Of a DNA stretch of 64,000 nt, positions 19,866 through 29,893 are shown piece after piece. The notes below the pieces were generated by a model, which searched no databases, was not told the origin of the DNA, and saw only the letters and a list, made by a program, of their open reading frames with translations. The stretch comes from Promethearchaeota archaeon (GTDB lineage Archaea > Asgardarchaeota > Lokiarchaeia > Sigyniarchaeales > SOKP01): the NCBI GenBank assembly GCA_048938855.1, contig JBHLLT010000010.1:32001-96000 (forward strand), in the 5' to 3' direction. The translations under genes were made by a program, and so were the position numbers. The first letter of the stretch is position 1, and every line of letters begins with the position of its first letter.

Positions 19866-21284
19866 ATGAATAAAGAAGAAATTTGTTATCTGGCTGCGTT
19901 TGAGCTATTAGAAAAAATTAAAACTCAAGAAATATCATCCCAAGAGATAACAGAAATTGTTATAGAAAGAATTGAAAAAATCAATCCTGTAATTAATGCT
20001 TATTGTACACCTACATTTGATATGGCAAGAGAAGCTGCCAAAAAAGCAGATGATGCTGTTAAAAAGGGTGAGAAATTAGGATTATTACATGGAATCCCCA
20101 CTTCAATCAAAGATGAAATGCCAATTAAAGGAGTAAGAACAACTTTTGGATCAAGATTATACGAGAATAATATCCCCAATGAGGATGATGCATGTGTAGA
20201 AAGACTAAAAGACGCAGGAAGTGTAATTCTAGGAAAAACCAATATGAGCCCCTTTGGTTTTTTACACATAACTGATAATTTAATCTTTGGAGAAACTCGA
20301 AACCCATGGGATTTAGAACGAACTCCTGGTGGATCAAGCGGTGGGGCGGGAGCAGCTATAGCTTCTGGTTTAGGATATCTAGCATTGGCAGCTGATGGAG
20401 GTGGTTCAATTCGAGTTCCCTCTTGTTTATGTGGAGTTTATGGGATTAAACCAAGTTTCGGAAGAGTTCCTGTATATCCAACACATGGAGTACATTTTGA
20501 ATCATTAATTCATTATGGTCCGATTGTAAGGTATGTAAAGGATGCTGCTTTAATGTTGGATGCAATAAAGGGCCCACATTATGGAGATATGTATTCTTTA
20601 CCAGATCAATATATTAGTTATTCTGAAAAACTCGATGAAAAACCAAAAGAATTGAAGATAGGATATTCTCTAGATTTAGGATTTGCAAAAGTTCTTGATT
20701 CAAAAATTAAAGAAAATTTCTTAAATATTATTCAAAAATTTGAAGAATTTGGTTGGAATGTTGATTCAGCAAAAATTAAGATTAGAAATCCTGAAAGAAT
20801 TCTTATAACATATCATTCTGTTTTATTTGGTTATGATTTAATGACTAAATTGAGGGATTCCCGGGAACTGATACATCCAGGTCTTATTAAAGCTGCTGAA
20901 GCGGGATTAACGGCTACCGTGGGTGATTTTGCAAGATCGATGTCTCGACGCAAAGCGATATTTGAGAAATTTTATCAATTTTTTAACAATTATGACCTTT
21001 TATTAACACCTACAACTGGTTTGCCTGCATTTGAACTAGGAATACTATTTCCAACTCAAATTGATGGAAAAATGGTATCACCCACAGCATGGGCTCCTCT
21101 TGTGTCAGTGTTTAATATGACTGGTAACCCCGCCGCTTCTATCCCATGTGGTTGGTCTAATGAAGGTTTACCAATTGGTATGCAAATAGTTGGAAAACGC
21201 TTTGATGATTTAACAGTACTTCAAGTATCAAAAGCTTTTGAGGAGATAGCTCCTTGGCAAGACAAAAGACCAAAATTTGCATAA
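19866..21284 (+). CDS. Amidase signature family enzyme
   Basis: IKD, GKTN, GGSSGG, DGGGSIR (Ser-cisSer-Lys), GLPIGMQ. Confidence 0.93.
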   Translation: MNKEEICYLAAFELLEKIKTQEISSQEITEIVIERIEKINPVINAYCTPTFDMAREAAKKADDAVKKGEKLGLLHGIPTSIKDEMPIKGVRTTFGSRLYENNIPNEDDACVERLKDAGSVILGKTNMSPFGFLHITDNLIFGETRNPWDLERTPGGSSGGAGAAIASGLGYLALAADGGGSIRVPSCLCGVYGIKPSFGRVPVYPTHGVHFESLIHYGPIVRYVKDAALMLDAIKGPHYGDMYSLPDQYISYSEKLDEKPKELKIGYSLDLGFAKVLDSKIKENFLNIIQKFEEFGWNVDSAKIKIRNPERILITYHSVLFGYDLMTKLRDSRELIHPGLIKAAEAGLTATVGDFARSMSRRKAIFEKFYQFFNNYDLLLTPTTGLPAFELGILFPTQIDGKMVSPTAWAPLVSVFNMTGNPAASIPCGWSNEGLPIGMQIVGKRFDDLTVLQVSKAFEEIAPWQDKRPKFA

Positions 21285-21324
21285 CCTTTATTTTTTTTTA
21301 TTTTATTCTTTGTTTTTTCAAAGG

Positions 21325-22413
21325 TTAAAATGATTTCATGTTAGAAGTCGTAATATATGAGGAATCTCCGATTGTAATACTCTTCTTTATTAAATCCTCT
21401 AAAATGGTAAAATCTCCCACAATACTTTCTGAAGATATTATTTTTTTCAAATTGGCTCCATCCCCAATAACAGATTCAGATAAAATACATTTTTCTAAAA
21501 CCACATTATCTCCAATAGATAGATTTGGACCTATAACTGAGTCTTTTATTTTACAATTTTCACCAATATAGACCGGAGGAACAATTTTTGAGTCGATAAT
21601 ATTACCAGAACGAAATAATTTCTCATATGTGGGATCATGGATTTTTACTTCTTCTAATAATAAACGATTTCCTGCTATTAGACTCTCAGGTCGACCAAAA
21701 TCTAAAATATACTTTTTCATTTCATTGACTTTTAATTTAAAGCCTTCTTCAATTAATTGTTGAATAACAGGTGTAATGCTATGTTCTTGTCCGTTTTCTA
21801 ATGGTATTTTACTCTGTTCTTCTAATAATTCAAATAATCGTGGTGTAATACTCATTCCAAACAAATAAGCACCTGATACAGCTAGATTGGATTTAGGCTT
21901 TTCTGGTTTTTCTACAATATTTTTAACACTTCCTGCTCCGTTTAATTCAATCACACCATAATATTGTGGATTCTCTACTTGTTTAACATTTATCACACCA
22001 TCACAAATATCTTGATGAAAATTTAATAATATCTGTGAATAATCCTCAATAGGAAGTCTATCGCTCAAAAAGACAAAACAATCGTCATTTTGAGCAAGAT
22101 CTTTAGCCAATAAAATTGCATCTCCAAGACCACTAAAGAATGGTGTATCTGCTTCATAACCCAGTGGTTCTTGCTCTCTGAAGTGGAGTTCAAAATAATC
22201 TGAATGATTATTTTTAAGATACTCCATAATTTGCCTTTTTTTATAACCAACGATAAAACAGATTTTAGTTCCTTTAGGGAAGGAATTTTTCAATTTATTA
22301 AGTATATGATCAATTAACCTTTTTCCAGCAATCTTCAAGAAAGCTTTTGGCTTAGAATATGTAAACGGCTGAAGTCTTTTACCCACTCCAGCTAGTGGTG
22401 CAATAAGAATCAT
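21325..22413 (-). CDS. Sugar-phosphate nucleotidyltransferase with C-terminal left-handed beta-helix (glucose-1-phosphate thymidylyltransferase-like)
   Basis: AGVGKRLQP..PK, GLGDA, EKP, hexapeptide repeats. Confidence 0.9.
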   Translation of the reverse strand: MILIAPLAGVGKRLQPFTYSKPKAFLKIAGKRLIDHILNKLKNSFPKGTKICFIVGYKKRQIMEYLKNNHSDYFELHFREQEPLGYEADTPFFSGLGDAILLAKDLAQNDDCFVFLSDRLPIEDYSQILLNFHQDICDGVINVKQVENPQYYGVIELNGAGSVKNIVEKPEKPKSNLAVSGAYLFGMSITPRLFELLEEQSKIPLENGQEHSITPVIQQLIEEGFKLKVNEMKKYILDFGRPESLIAGNRLLLEEVKIHDPTYEKLFRSGNIIDSKIVPPVYIGENCKIKDSVIGPNLSIGDNVVLEKCILSESVIGDGANLKKIISSESIVGDFTILEDLIKKSITIGDSSYITTSNMKSF

Positions 22414-22500
22414 TCTTTTAATTCTAAAGATGTCTAATTTGTAATATAAAAATTATAAAAATTGATAAAATAAAAAGTATTTTGAAACAATTTTATAGTT

Positions 22501-23034
22501 TCACAATATTTTAATTAGTTTATCTAAAGTATCATAATATTCCGCTTCTTTTAGCTTTTCCTTAAGGCTGCTTTTTAGCTTTCTTAAATAATAATTATCT
22601 GAATTTGTTCTATTTGCACCATGTATCAATTTATTCATAGCAATTCTTACTTTCTCATCTAGAATTTTTGGTGGAATTTCTTTGTATTTGTTAATTAAAT
22701 CTATTTTCTCGTCATGTAGTGTAGACTTTTCCCTATTTTCTGATAATCTGGTTAATATTGAATTCAAATTTCTTATCCACATTTCAATTTTATCAATATC
22801 GCCTTTTAGATAAGTTCTTTGGTTTAACCAATCTTTAAATTCTAGAGTTTCTTTTAGAAATTTATCGATTTCAGAATTTTCACTCGTCTTTTCTGTCTCT
22901 TTTTTTACTATATCTCGGATCTTTTTTTTCTTTAATTCTTGAACTTCCTCTTTTGAGAGTTGCTTAAAGGCTTTTTCTCTTTTAATTTTTTGCTCCTCTG
23001 AATCCTTTTCATTAAGCCATTTATCTATTGACAT
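22501..23034 (-). CDS. Hypothetical helical, charged protein
   Basis: 177-aa ORF, no recognised motif. Confidence 0.75.
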   Translation of the reverse strand: MSIDKWLNEKDSEEQKIKREKAFKQLSKEEVQELKKKKIRDIVKKETEKTSENSEIDKFLKETLEFKDWLNQRTYLKGDIDKIEMWIRNLNSILTRLSENREKSTLHDEKIDLINKYKEIPPKILDEKVRIAMNKLIHGANRTNSDNYYLRKLKSSLKEKLKEAEYYDTLDKLIKIL

Positions 23035-23172
23035 CTTTAGTCTCAGTTACATTAAATATATTTATCATTATTTTGTTTATTATTAAGTATTTAACAGAAA
23101 CGAATGTAGCTTTCTTATATTATATTTCGGATAAATTAAAATTAAGAATTAGTTTATTTAATTATTGACAAG

Positions 23173-23943
23173 ATGAATATTAAAGGCATTATTTTTGATT
23201 TTGGTTTTACGTTATTTTATTTTGATAATCCTTCAGTTGAAAGATATTATGAATGTTTTAAAAAAGGATTAATGAAATCCATTGATATTTTGAAAGAAAA
23301 GAAAGTTTGGAGTGAGAAATTATCAAATGATTCGTTTGAAAAAAAGTTTGCTAAAAGCAGACAACATTTTTTTAGAAAGAGTATAAAAACCAAAACTGAA
23401 TTTCCAACATCGTTGATTTTTCAGAGAGTTTTAGAAACTTTAAAAGAAGAAAACATTATAAATGATATTGAGCATATTGATGAAAAAACTTATAATAAAT
23501 TAGCTGAGACTTATCATTCCTGTGAAGAAGATGAGTGGGAACCCTTTGAAAAATCAAGAGAAACACTAGAATTATTAATAAAAAAGCACATAAAACTCGC
23601 TTTAATTTCTAATCATCCGCATCACCAAACAATTGAAAATATGCTAAAAAAACATGATTTTGTAAAATATTTTGATTGTATTTTAACATCTGCTAAATAC
23701 GGAAGAAGAAAGCCAGATCCCAATATCTTTCTCTACACTCTCGAGCAGATAGGATTAAAGGACCATGCTAATTCTGTAGTAATGTGTGGAGATGAATATG
23801 CTGATATAATTGGAGCCCAAAGAGCTAATTTACAATTTATATTGCTTGAAAGAAAATATAAATTTCCTTTTGAAAAAGAAATTAATATATCAAATTTAAG
23901 AAAAATCAGTAATATTTCAGAAATTTTAAACTACATTTGTTAA
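23173..23943 (+). CDS. HAD-superfamily hydrolase
   Basis: FDFGFTL, ISN, RKPDP, GD...DI.GA. Confidence 0.9.
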   Translation: MNIKGIIFDFGFTLFYFDNPSVERYYECFKKGLMKSIDILKEKKVWSEKLSNDSFEKKFAKSRQHFFRKSIKTKTEFPTSLIFQRVLETLKEENIINDIEHIDEKTYNKLAETYHSCEEDEWEPFEKSRETLELLIKKHIKLALISNHPHHQTIENMLKKHDFVKYFDCILTSAKYGRRKPDPNIFLYTLEQIGLKDHANSVVMCGDEYADIIGAQRANLQFILLERKYKFPFEKEINISNLRKISNISEILNYIC

Positions 23944-23960
23944 TAAAAGGTAAATTTTAA

Positions 23961-24090
23961 TGGCCCGGGGGGGATTTGAACCCTCGATATCTGGCTCCGT
24001 TAGCCCAGAAATAATAATTTATTGCTGTCAAGCCAGCGCCGTAGATAAAAGCCCTGGGGGCTAATTCTATCCATACTAGACTACCGGGCC
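23961..24090 (-). tRNA. tRNA-Arg(GCG) with two introns at non-canonical positions 22/23 (24041-24066) and 34/35 (24000-24028)
   Basis: Acceptor stem GGCCCGG/CCGGGCC, T-arm GAGGG-TTCAAAT-CCCCC, anticodon stem CTGGC/GCCAG; removing two BHB-bounded inserts gives loop TT-GCG-GA. Confidence 0.85.
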
Positions 24091-24155
24091 ATGTAATCCT
24101 TAAAATGTATTACTATATTATAATTATTATCTAATGGTACCTAATAGTTAAAAGT

Positions 24156-24818
24156 ATGTCTGATCAGTATTGCGTTATATTTGATATGGATGGTGTTTTA
24201 GCAGACACTGGACCTATTCATTTTGAAAGTTGGGTTAAAATGGCAGCAGAAATTGGTGTGAAATTTACAAGAGATTTATTTGAAGAAACTTTTGGTCAAC
24301 AGTCGCCTACCATTACACGTAAATTAGTAGGGGCAGATGTGGATGAAGATCTTGTGGAAAAATGGGCTAGTCTTAAAGAGAAATACTATCGAGAGATGGT
24401 AAAAGAAAAACTAGAGCCTTTACCCGGCGTAGTAAGAATTATTAAAGAATTAAAAACAGAAGGCTTTAAATTGGCTATAGGTTCTAGTGGTCCACTTGAA
24501 AATGTGGAATTACTATTATCTCGACTAAATATTAAGCCATTTTTTGATGTGATAATTACTGCAGCAGATATTAAGAAGGGCAAACCTGAACCAGATGTAT
24601 TTCTTACTGCTGCAAAAAAATTAGATATCATACCAAAAAATTGTATTGTCATTGAAGATGCACCAGTTGGTTTAGAAGCTGCCAAAAGAGCAGGTATGAT
24701 TTCAATAGCTCTTACAACGACCCATAATAAAGCAGAACTCATTGGTGCTAACTTAATAATTAAGGATCCAACTGAGATTAGCATTAGGGATATTAAAAAT
24801 CTATTTGAATTGAGTTAA
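24156..24818 (+). CDS. HAD phosphatase (beta-phosphoglucomutase-like)
   Basis: FDMDGVLADT, SS, GKPEPD, EDA. Confidence 0.92.
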   Translation: MSDQYCVIFDMDGVLADTGPIHFESWVKMAAEIGVKFTRDLFEETFGQQSPTITRKLVGADVDEDLVEKWASLKEKYYREMVKEKLEPLPGVVRIIKELKTEGFKLAIGSSGPLENVELLLSRLNIKPFFDVIITAADIKKGKPEPDVFLTAAKKLDIIPKNCIVIEDAPVGLEAAKRAGMISIALTTTHNKAELIGANLIIKDPTEISIRDIKNLFELS

Positions 24819-24910
24819 AATATCAAATAAAATGAAATTTTATATTTTTTACAATAATACTTCAATTATATTAAATTCTTAAAACTACAATCAAAAAAAG
24901 GTTTAATTTT

Positions 24911-25876
24911 ATGGTAAAAACAAAAGTAACAGAAATGCTGGGTATAAAATATCCTATTTTCTGTGGAAATATGATGAATATTAGTTATCCCTCATTTGCC
25001 GCTGCATGTTCAAATGCGGGTGCTCTTGGAATTATGGCTTCTGTAATGTACAGAAAACCAGAAGAATTACGGGAGGCACTCATAGAACTTAAATCTTTAA
25101 CAGACAAACCAATTGCTGTAAATGTAAATTTATTTCCCATGTTAAAGCCAATTAAACAGATAGATCACGTAAAGGTGATGTTAGATGAAGGAATTAAGAT
25201 TATCGAGACTTCTGGTCATCAAGCGCCTGATAAATATATTCCCCTGTTTAAAGAGCACCAAGTCACTTGGATCCATAAATGTGCTGGAGTTCGCTATGCA
25301 CAAAAGGCAGCTTCATTAGGTGCGGACATTGTCGAAGTAGTTGGTTGGGAAAATGGTGGTGCAACAGGACGTTATGATATTGGAACATTAGTATTGACTC
25401 CTGCTACTATTGATGCTATAGATATACCTGTTGTAGCTGGAGGTGGTATTTCAGATGGCAGGGGTGTAGCTGCAGTATTAGCATTAGGCGCAGAAGCGGC
25501 GCTTATGGGCACTCGTATCATGGCTACTCAAGAATGTCCTATACACGATAATTTAAAACAAGCTTTTATAAATGCTTCAGTCTATGATACTATGCTTATT
25601 ATGCGATCTCTTAATGCTACTCATCGAGTATGGAATAATCAAGCAGCACAAAAAGTTATTGAGTTAGAGAAATCTAAAAGTAATCAAATGGACATATTTA
25701 ATGCTGCTGCCGGTGCTAAATCTAAGATGATGTATGAAGAAGGCAATTTAGATGTGGGTGTAGTTTCACTTGGTCAAGGTGTAGGGCTTATTCACGATAT
25801 TCCCACAGTAAAAGATTTAATTGAACGGATTATGAACGAAACCAATAAAATCATTCAAAATCTTTCTAAATTATAA
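24911..25876 (+). CDS. Nitronate monooxygenase / FabK-like flavin-dependent reductase
   Basis: LGIKYPI, GWENGG, AGGGISDGRG, MGTR, GQGVGLI. Confidence 0.9.
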   Translation: MVKTKVTEMLGIKYPIFCGNMMNISYPSFAAACSNAGALGIMASVMYRKPEELREALIELKSLTDKPIAVNVNLFPMLKPIKQIDHVKVMLDEGIKIIETSGHQAPDKYIPLFKEHQVTWIHKCAGVRYAQKAASLGADIVEVVGWENGGATGRYDIGTLVLTPATIDAIDIPVVAGGGISDGRGVAAVLALGAEAALMGTRIMATQECPIHDNLKQAFINASVYDTMLIMRSLNATHRVWNNQAAQKVIELEKSKSNQMDIFNAAAGAKSKMMYEEGNLDVGVVSLGQGVGLIHDIPTVKDLIERIMNETNKIIQNLSKL

Positions 25877-25944
25877 CTTTAAATTTAAATTTGTTTTTTA
25901 TTTTAAATATTCATTGATGATCCAAAATTAACAGAATAGAATTT

Positions 25945-27705
25945 ATGTCTGATAAAGATATTAAACAATTACTTTGGTTATATGGCCTGAAAAATGCGGT
26001 CAAATTTAATGGGCATCCAAATAAAAAAGCAATAATGGGAAAGTTAATGGCTTCTAAACCTGACTTAAGAACCCAAACTAAAGTCATAATTCCTATGTTA
26101 GATCAAGTCATAAATATAATTTTAAAGTTAGATTTAGAACAGCAAAAGAAAAAGCTATTGGAATTGGATCCTCATGCTTTAGATAAACAAGAAAAAATTG
26201 AAGAAATTAAAGAATTGCCTGAATTACCGAACCTCTCTGAATATAAAAAAATTGTTATGCGTTTAGCTCCCTATCCAAGTGGGGCATTACACATAGGAAA
26301 CGCTAGAATGATTATATTAAACCATGAGTATACTAAGAAATATAATGGTGAACTTATTCTTTTTTATGATGATACAATTGGGAGTCCTAAGTCCTTGCGA
26401 GACAGTCCTAAAGCAAAATATGTATTACCAGAAGCTTATGATTTAATAAGGGAGGGTTTAGAATGGTTAGGGGTAAAATATAACAAAGTGTATTATAAAA
26501 GTGATAGATTAGAGATTTTTTATGATTATTGTGAGAAATTAATTAAAGATAATATTGCTTATGTTTGTTTTTGTTCTGCTGGTGATTTCCGTGAAAAATA
26601 CAAGAAAAACCAATCAAATTGTCCTCATAGAGATCAGCCTATCGAAAAAAATTTAGAAGAATGGAATGCTATGCTTAGTAGAAAATATTCTGAAGGCGAA
26701 GTTGTTGTTAGATTAAAAACTGGTATGGATCAAAAAGATCCAGCTTTAAGAGATCAGATTATAATGAGAATTTCAGAAGCAGAACACCCAAGAGTGGGTA
26801 ATAAATATATGGTTTGGCCTATGCTTGAATATTCCTGGGCAATTGACGATTATTTAATTGGTGCAACTCATATACTAAGAGGGAATGACTTAGTTAAAGA
26901 AGGAAAAATAGAAGAATTTATCTGGGATCATTTTGGTTGGAGAAAGGCTGAATTAATATATTATGGAAGAATTAATTTTGCTGATATGAAATTGAGTAAG
27001 ACTGAATCTAGAAATAACATTCAGAGTGGAAAATATGAAGGATGGGAAGATCCTAGAACATGGAGTTTACAATCTCTCAGAAAAAGAGGGATAAAACCGG
27101 AAGCATTAAGAGAAGCATTATTAGAACTGGGTTTATCGCAATCAGGAATAACATTTTCAGTAAATTGGTTGTACTCGAAAAATCAAGATATTATAGATGA
27201 GATCTCAAATAGATATTTTTATGTTGAAAATCCGATATCAATGATTATTGACAATATTACTGAAAATGAGTATATTGCAAAGCCCCTATTACATCCGACA
27301 GAACCGAAAAAAGGAAAGAGAATTATAAAATGCAAAACAAGAGATAACCAATTAAATCTATTAATTTCTTTATCAGATGCAAAGAAAATTAAGAAGGATC
27401 AAGTTGTTCGGTTAAAAGATTTAATAAATATAAAGATTAATTCTATTGATTTGAATAAAAATATAATTTTTGCTTCATACCATAGTAAAGAATTAGATAG
27501 AGAATTATCAATTATTCATTGGGTTCCTCAGGATGAAAATATTGAGGTCTCCATCCTAAATCCTAATGGTGCTTTATCAAAAGGCAAGGGTGAGTTGAAC
27601 CTTTTAGAAATTCCTATGAATCAAACAATCCAATTTGAACGTTTTGGATTTGTTAATCCTATAAAATGTGAAGATAATCATCTCTATTGTTATTTTACGC
27701 ATTAG
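25945..27705 (+). CDS. gltX: Glutamyl-tRNA synthetase (archaeal type)
   Basis: RLAPYPSGALHIGN (HIGH), CxC...CPHR, LSKT, WEDPR, QFERFGF. Confidence 0.96.
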   Translation: MSDKDIKQLLWLYGLKNAVKFNGHPNKKAIMGKLMASKPDLRTQTKVIIPMLDQVINIILKLDLEQQKKKLLELDPHALDKQEKIEEIKELPELPNLSEYKKIVMRLAPYPSGALHIGNARMIILNHEYTKKYNGELILFYDDTIGSPKSLRDSPKAKYVLPEAYDLIREGLEWLGVKYNKVYYKSDRLEIFYDYCEKLIKDNIAYVCFCSAGDFREKYKKNQSNCPHRDQPIEKNLEEWNAMLSRKYSEGEVVVRLKTGMDQKDPALRDQIIMRISEAEHPRVGNKYMVWPMLEYSWAIDDYLIGATHILRGNDLVKEGKIEEFIWDHFGWRKAELIYYGRINFADMKLSKTESRNNIQSGKYEGWEDPRTWSLQSLRKRGIKPEALREALLELGLSQSGITFSVNWLYSKNQDIIDEISNRYFYVENPISMIIDNITENEYIAKPLLHPTEPKKGKRIIKCKTRDNQLNLLISLSDAKKIKKDQVVRLKDLINIKINSIDLNKNIIFASYHSKELDRELSIIHWVPQDENIEVSILNPNGALSKGKGELNLLEIPMNQTIQFERFGFVNPIKCEDNHLYCYFTH

Positions 27706-27894
27706 ATAATACTGATTATAAGAAACCAAAACATGATTTTAGCCCTTAATTTATCAAAATTTGTCGACAAATTATTTCTATAAAAACACATCAGAATATT
27801 GTGTAATTATAGATTAAGAGGATAAAATTTTAATAAATAAATAGCAATTTGTAACTCTATATAAATATTAAATTTAGTTGGGATAATATTTTTC

Positions 27895-29808
27895 ATGCGG
27901 TATTTGCCTTGTAAAAAATGTGGTTCTGGTTTGGCGATCGTGAAAGGATCTGTAGGCCAATGTCCTTATTGCGGAGCAAAAACCCTTTATATGGAGGCAA
28001 TTTACTCTTTTAAGTATTATCTATCAGAAATTTTAAATCTCACGTTGTATAAAACTGAAAAACCTGCTAAAGTCTCAGAACTCGAGAGAAGAAGAACTCT
28101 AATTGAAAATTTTTACTATAATCTTAAAGCTGATTTTGACGAATATAGACATTTAATAATTACTAAATTAGATATGATAAGCATCGATCCTTTGAAACTG
28201 TTCCACACAATTCGTACTGCTGGTAATTTTGGGATCATAATTGAGGAGATCATTTTACCTGATATAGATGATGAGGTAAATAGAAAGAAGTATAAAGAGT
28301 TCAAAGATAACTCTTTTATTATCCATAAATCATTAATCGCCTTATATTATAGTTATTTAGCTAAAAATTCATTATCTATTGAACATTGTAAGAAATATTA
28401 TAAACTTGCAGAAAATAACTATCGAAATATTGTAGATTTCTGTAATATTAGTAAACTTGAATATATAAAGTCTAATATTTATAAGAATAAAGAGATTTAT
28501 GTTATTCTTTCAGAATTTACTGCTATACTAAGAGGTCTTCTAAATAATAATCCAAAGTTTTATTCTGATAAATTGGAAGATTTACTTGATAGATTAATTA
28601 AAACTAAAGTAGATGAATTTCGAAAGTATAATTTATATAATCAAATCGAAAATATTTATCAGTTAGAACGTGAAACAAGTGTTGTTTTAGAAAAAGTAAA
28701 AATTGATTGTCCATTGCTGTCGACTGATAATTTAGAAGAAAACCTTATATTTAATAATGAAGAAAATATGGAGAAGCTTAATAGTGTTCGGAATTGGATT
28801 GAGACGGTTTCTGAGAGATACCAAAGATATCAAAGGAACCTTTTAAAACTACATTCTGGAAAATTAGTTAAGTACTTGGAATCTTATCGTACAGAATTTA
28901 TCAGTTATAAAGACAAAAATATTCAAAAATTCAATACTTTGTTAGAAGTTATGATATTAAAAGCTCTTGAGGGGTATAACACTGAAACTGCTGAACTTTT
29001 GAATAATCTTAGTGATTTTTTACAAGAAGATAAGTTAAATGAAAAAATTATTGATAAATTTGAAATTGAGTATAACGATTTAATCCAATTAGATGATCTC
29101 TTAAAAAATTTTATCAAAAGTCTTTTCAAGAAACCTTTACTTCGAAACCTCGAAGCAGAATATTACAAGAAATTAATGTCGTTAATCTTAACCAAACATA
29201 CAGAATTTGATAATTATATCTTGAAATATATTAATTATATGTTTCAACGGTTTGAAGAAGCAAGAGGTAAAAAAATTCTCACTTTAGAAGAACAAAAAAG
29301 CCAATTTAATTCAAATGTAAAGCCCAATCTTAAAAAACTTATTAAAATGAGTTTTAATCTAAATGATAAAGCTATACCATACCCTCTTTTCATAGATCTC
29401 AAAGTACAAAATAAAAAACTTAAATTAAATCACCCAGAAATTATCACAGTCTCAATTGAGAATCCTAATTTAAGTGAAATTAAAGATATAAAAATTTACT
29501 TCTTTATGTCTCATTCATTTGAATCTAAATTAGAGTTTACTAGCATTAAAAGATTAAAGTCTAATGAAATTTCAAAAATCAAGACTAAAATTATTCCAAA
29601 AAAAATTGGTAGTTTTCTTTTTATGGTAATGATAGAATATCAGCATATTAATAAAACATTTTGGATGCCTTCATTAAAGCTCGAATTAGAAGTTGAAAGA
29701 GATGAAGAACTCGCTAAATATGTTCAATATCAATTATCTAAATCAGGATTTTTACAAAGCGATATTGAAATAAATAGGATCAATAGGTTTATGAGAATTA
29801 GTATTTAA
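27895..29808 (+). CDS. Hypothetical protein: N-terminal zinc ribbon, long helical core, C-terminal Ig-like beta-sandwich
   Basis: CKKC...CPYC; C-terminal V.IEN....I.DI.I...L...E......I.P...G pattern. Confidence 0.75.
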   Translation: MRYLPCKKCGSGLAIVKGSVGQCPYCGAKTLYMEAIYSFKYYLSEILNLTLYKTEKPAKVSELERRRTLIENFYYNLKADFDEYRHLIITKLDMISIDPLKLFHTIRTAGNFGIIIEEIILPDIDDEVNRKKYKEFKDNSFIIHKSLIALYYSYLAKNSLSIEHCKKYYKLAENNYRNIVDFCNISKLEYIKSNIYKNKEIYVILSEFTAILRGLLNNNPKFYSDKLEDLLDRLIKTKVDEFRKYNLYNQIENIYQLERETSVVLEKVKIDCPLLSTDNLEENLIFNNEENMEKLNSVRNWIETVSERYQRYQRNLLKLHSGKLVKYLESYRTEFISYKDKNIQKFNTLLEVMILKALEGYNTETAELLNNLSDFLQEDKLNEKIIDKFEIEYNDLIQLDDLLKNFIKSLFKKPLLRNLEAEYYKKLMSLILTKHTEFDNYILKYINYMFQRFEEARGKKILTLEEQKSQFNSNVKPNLKKLIKMSFNLNDKAIPYPLFIDLKVQNKKLKLNHPEIITVSIENPNLSEIKDIKIYFFMSHSFESKLEFTSIKRLKSNEISKIKTKIIPKKIGSFLFMVMIEYQHINKTFWMPSLKLELEVERDEELAKYVQYQLSKSGFLQSDIEINRINRFMRISI

Positions 29809-29893
29809 AATTAGCTTTCTACCACTTATTTTAACGATTTTAAATTTGAAACATAAAGCTTTTAGTAATTAACTTTCTTACTCTAAATAGATA

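Noticed and set aside
19866-21284. Calling the amidase gatA
   Set aside because: No gatB/gatC nearby, and the context suggests a catabolic amidase
23996-24030. Alternative splice giving a eukaryote/bacteria-like tRNA-Arg(ACG)
   Set aside because: BHB geometry fits a 34/35 intron giving GCG; a 33/34 cut breaks the helix and bulge register
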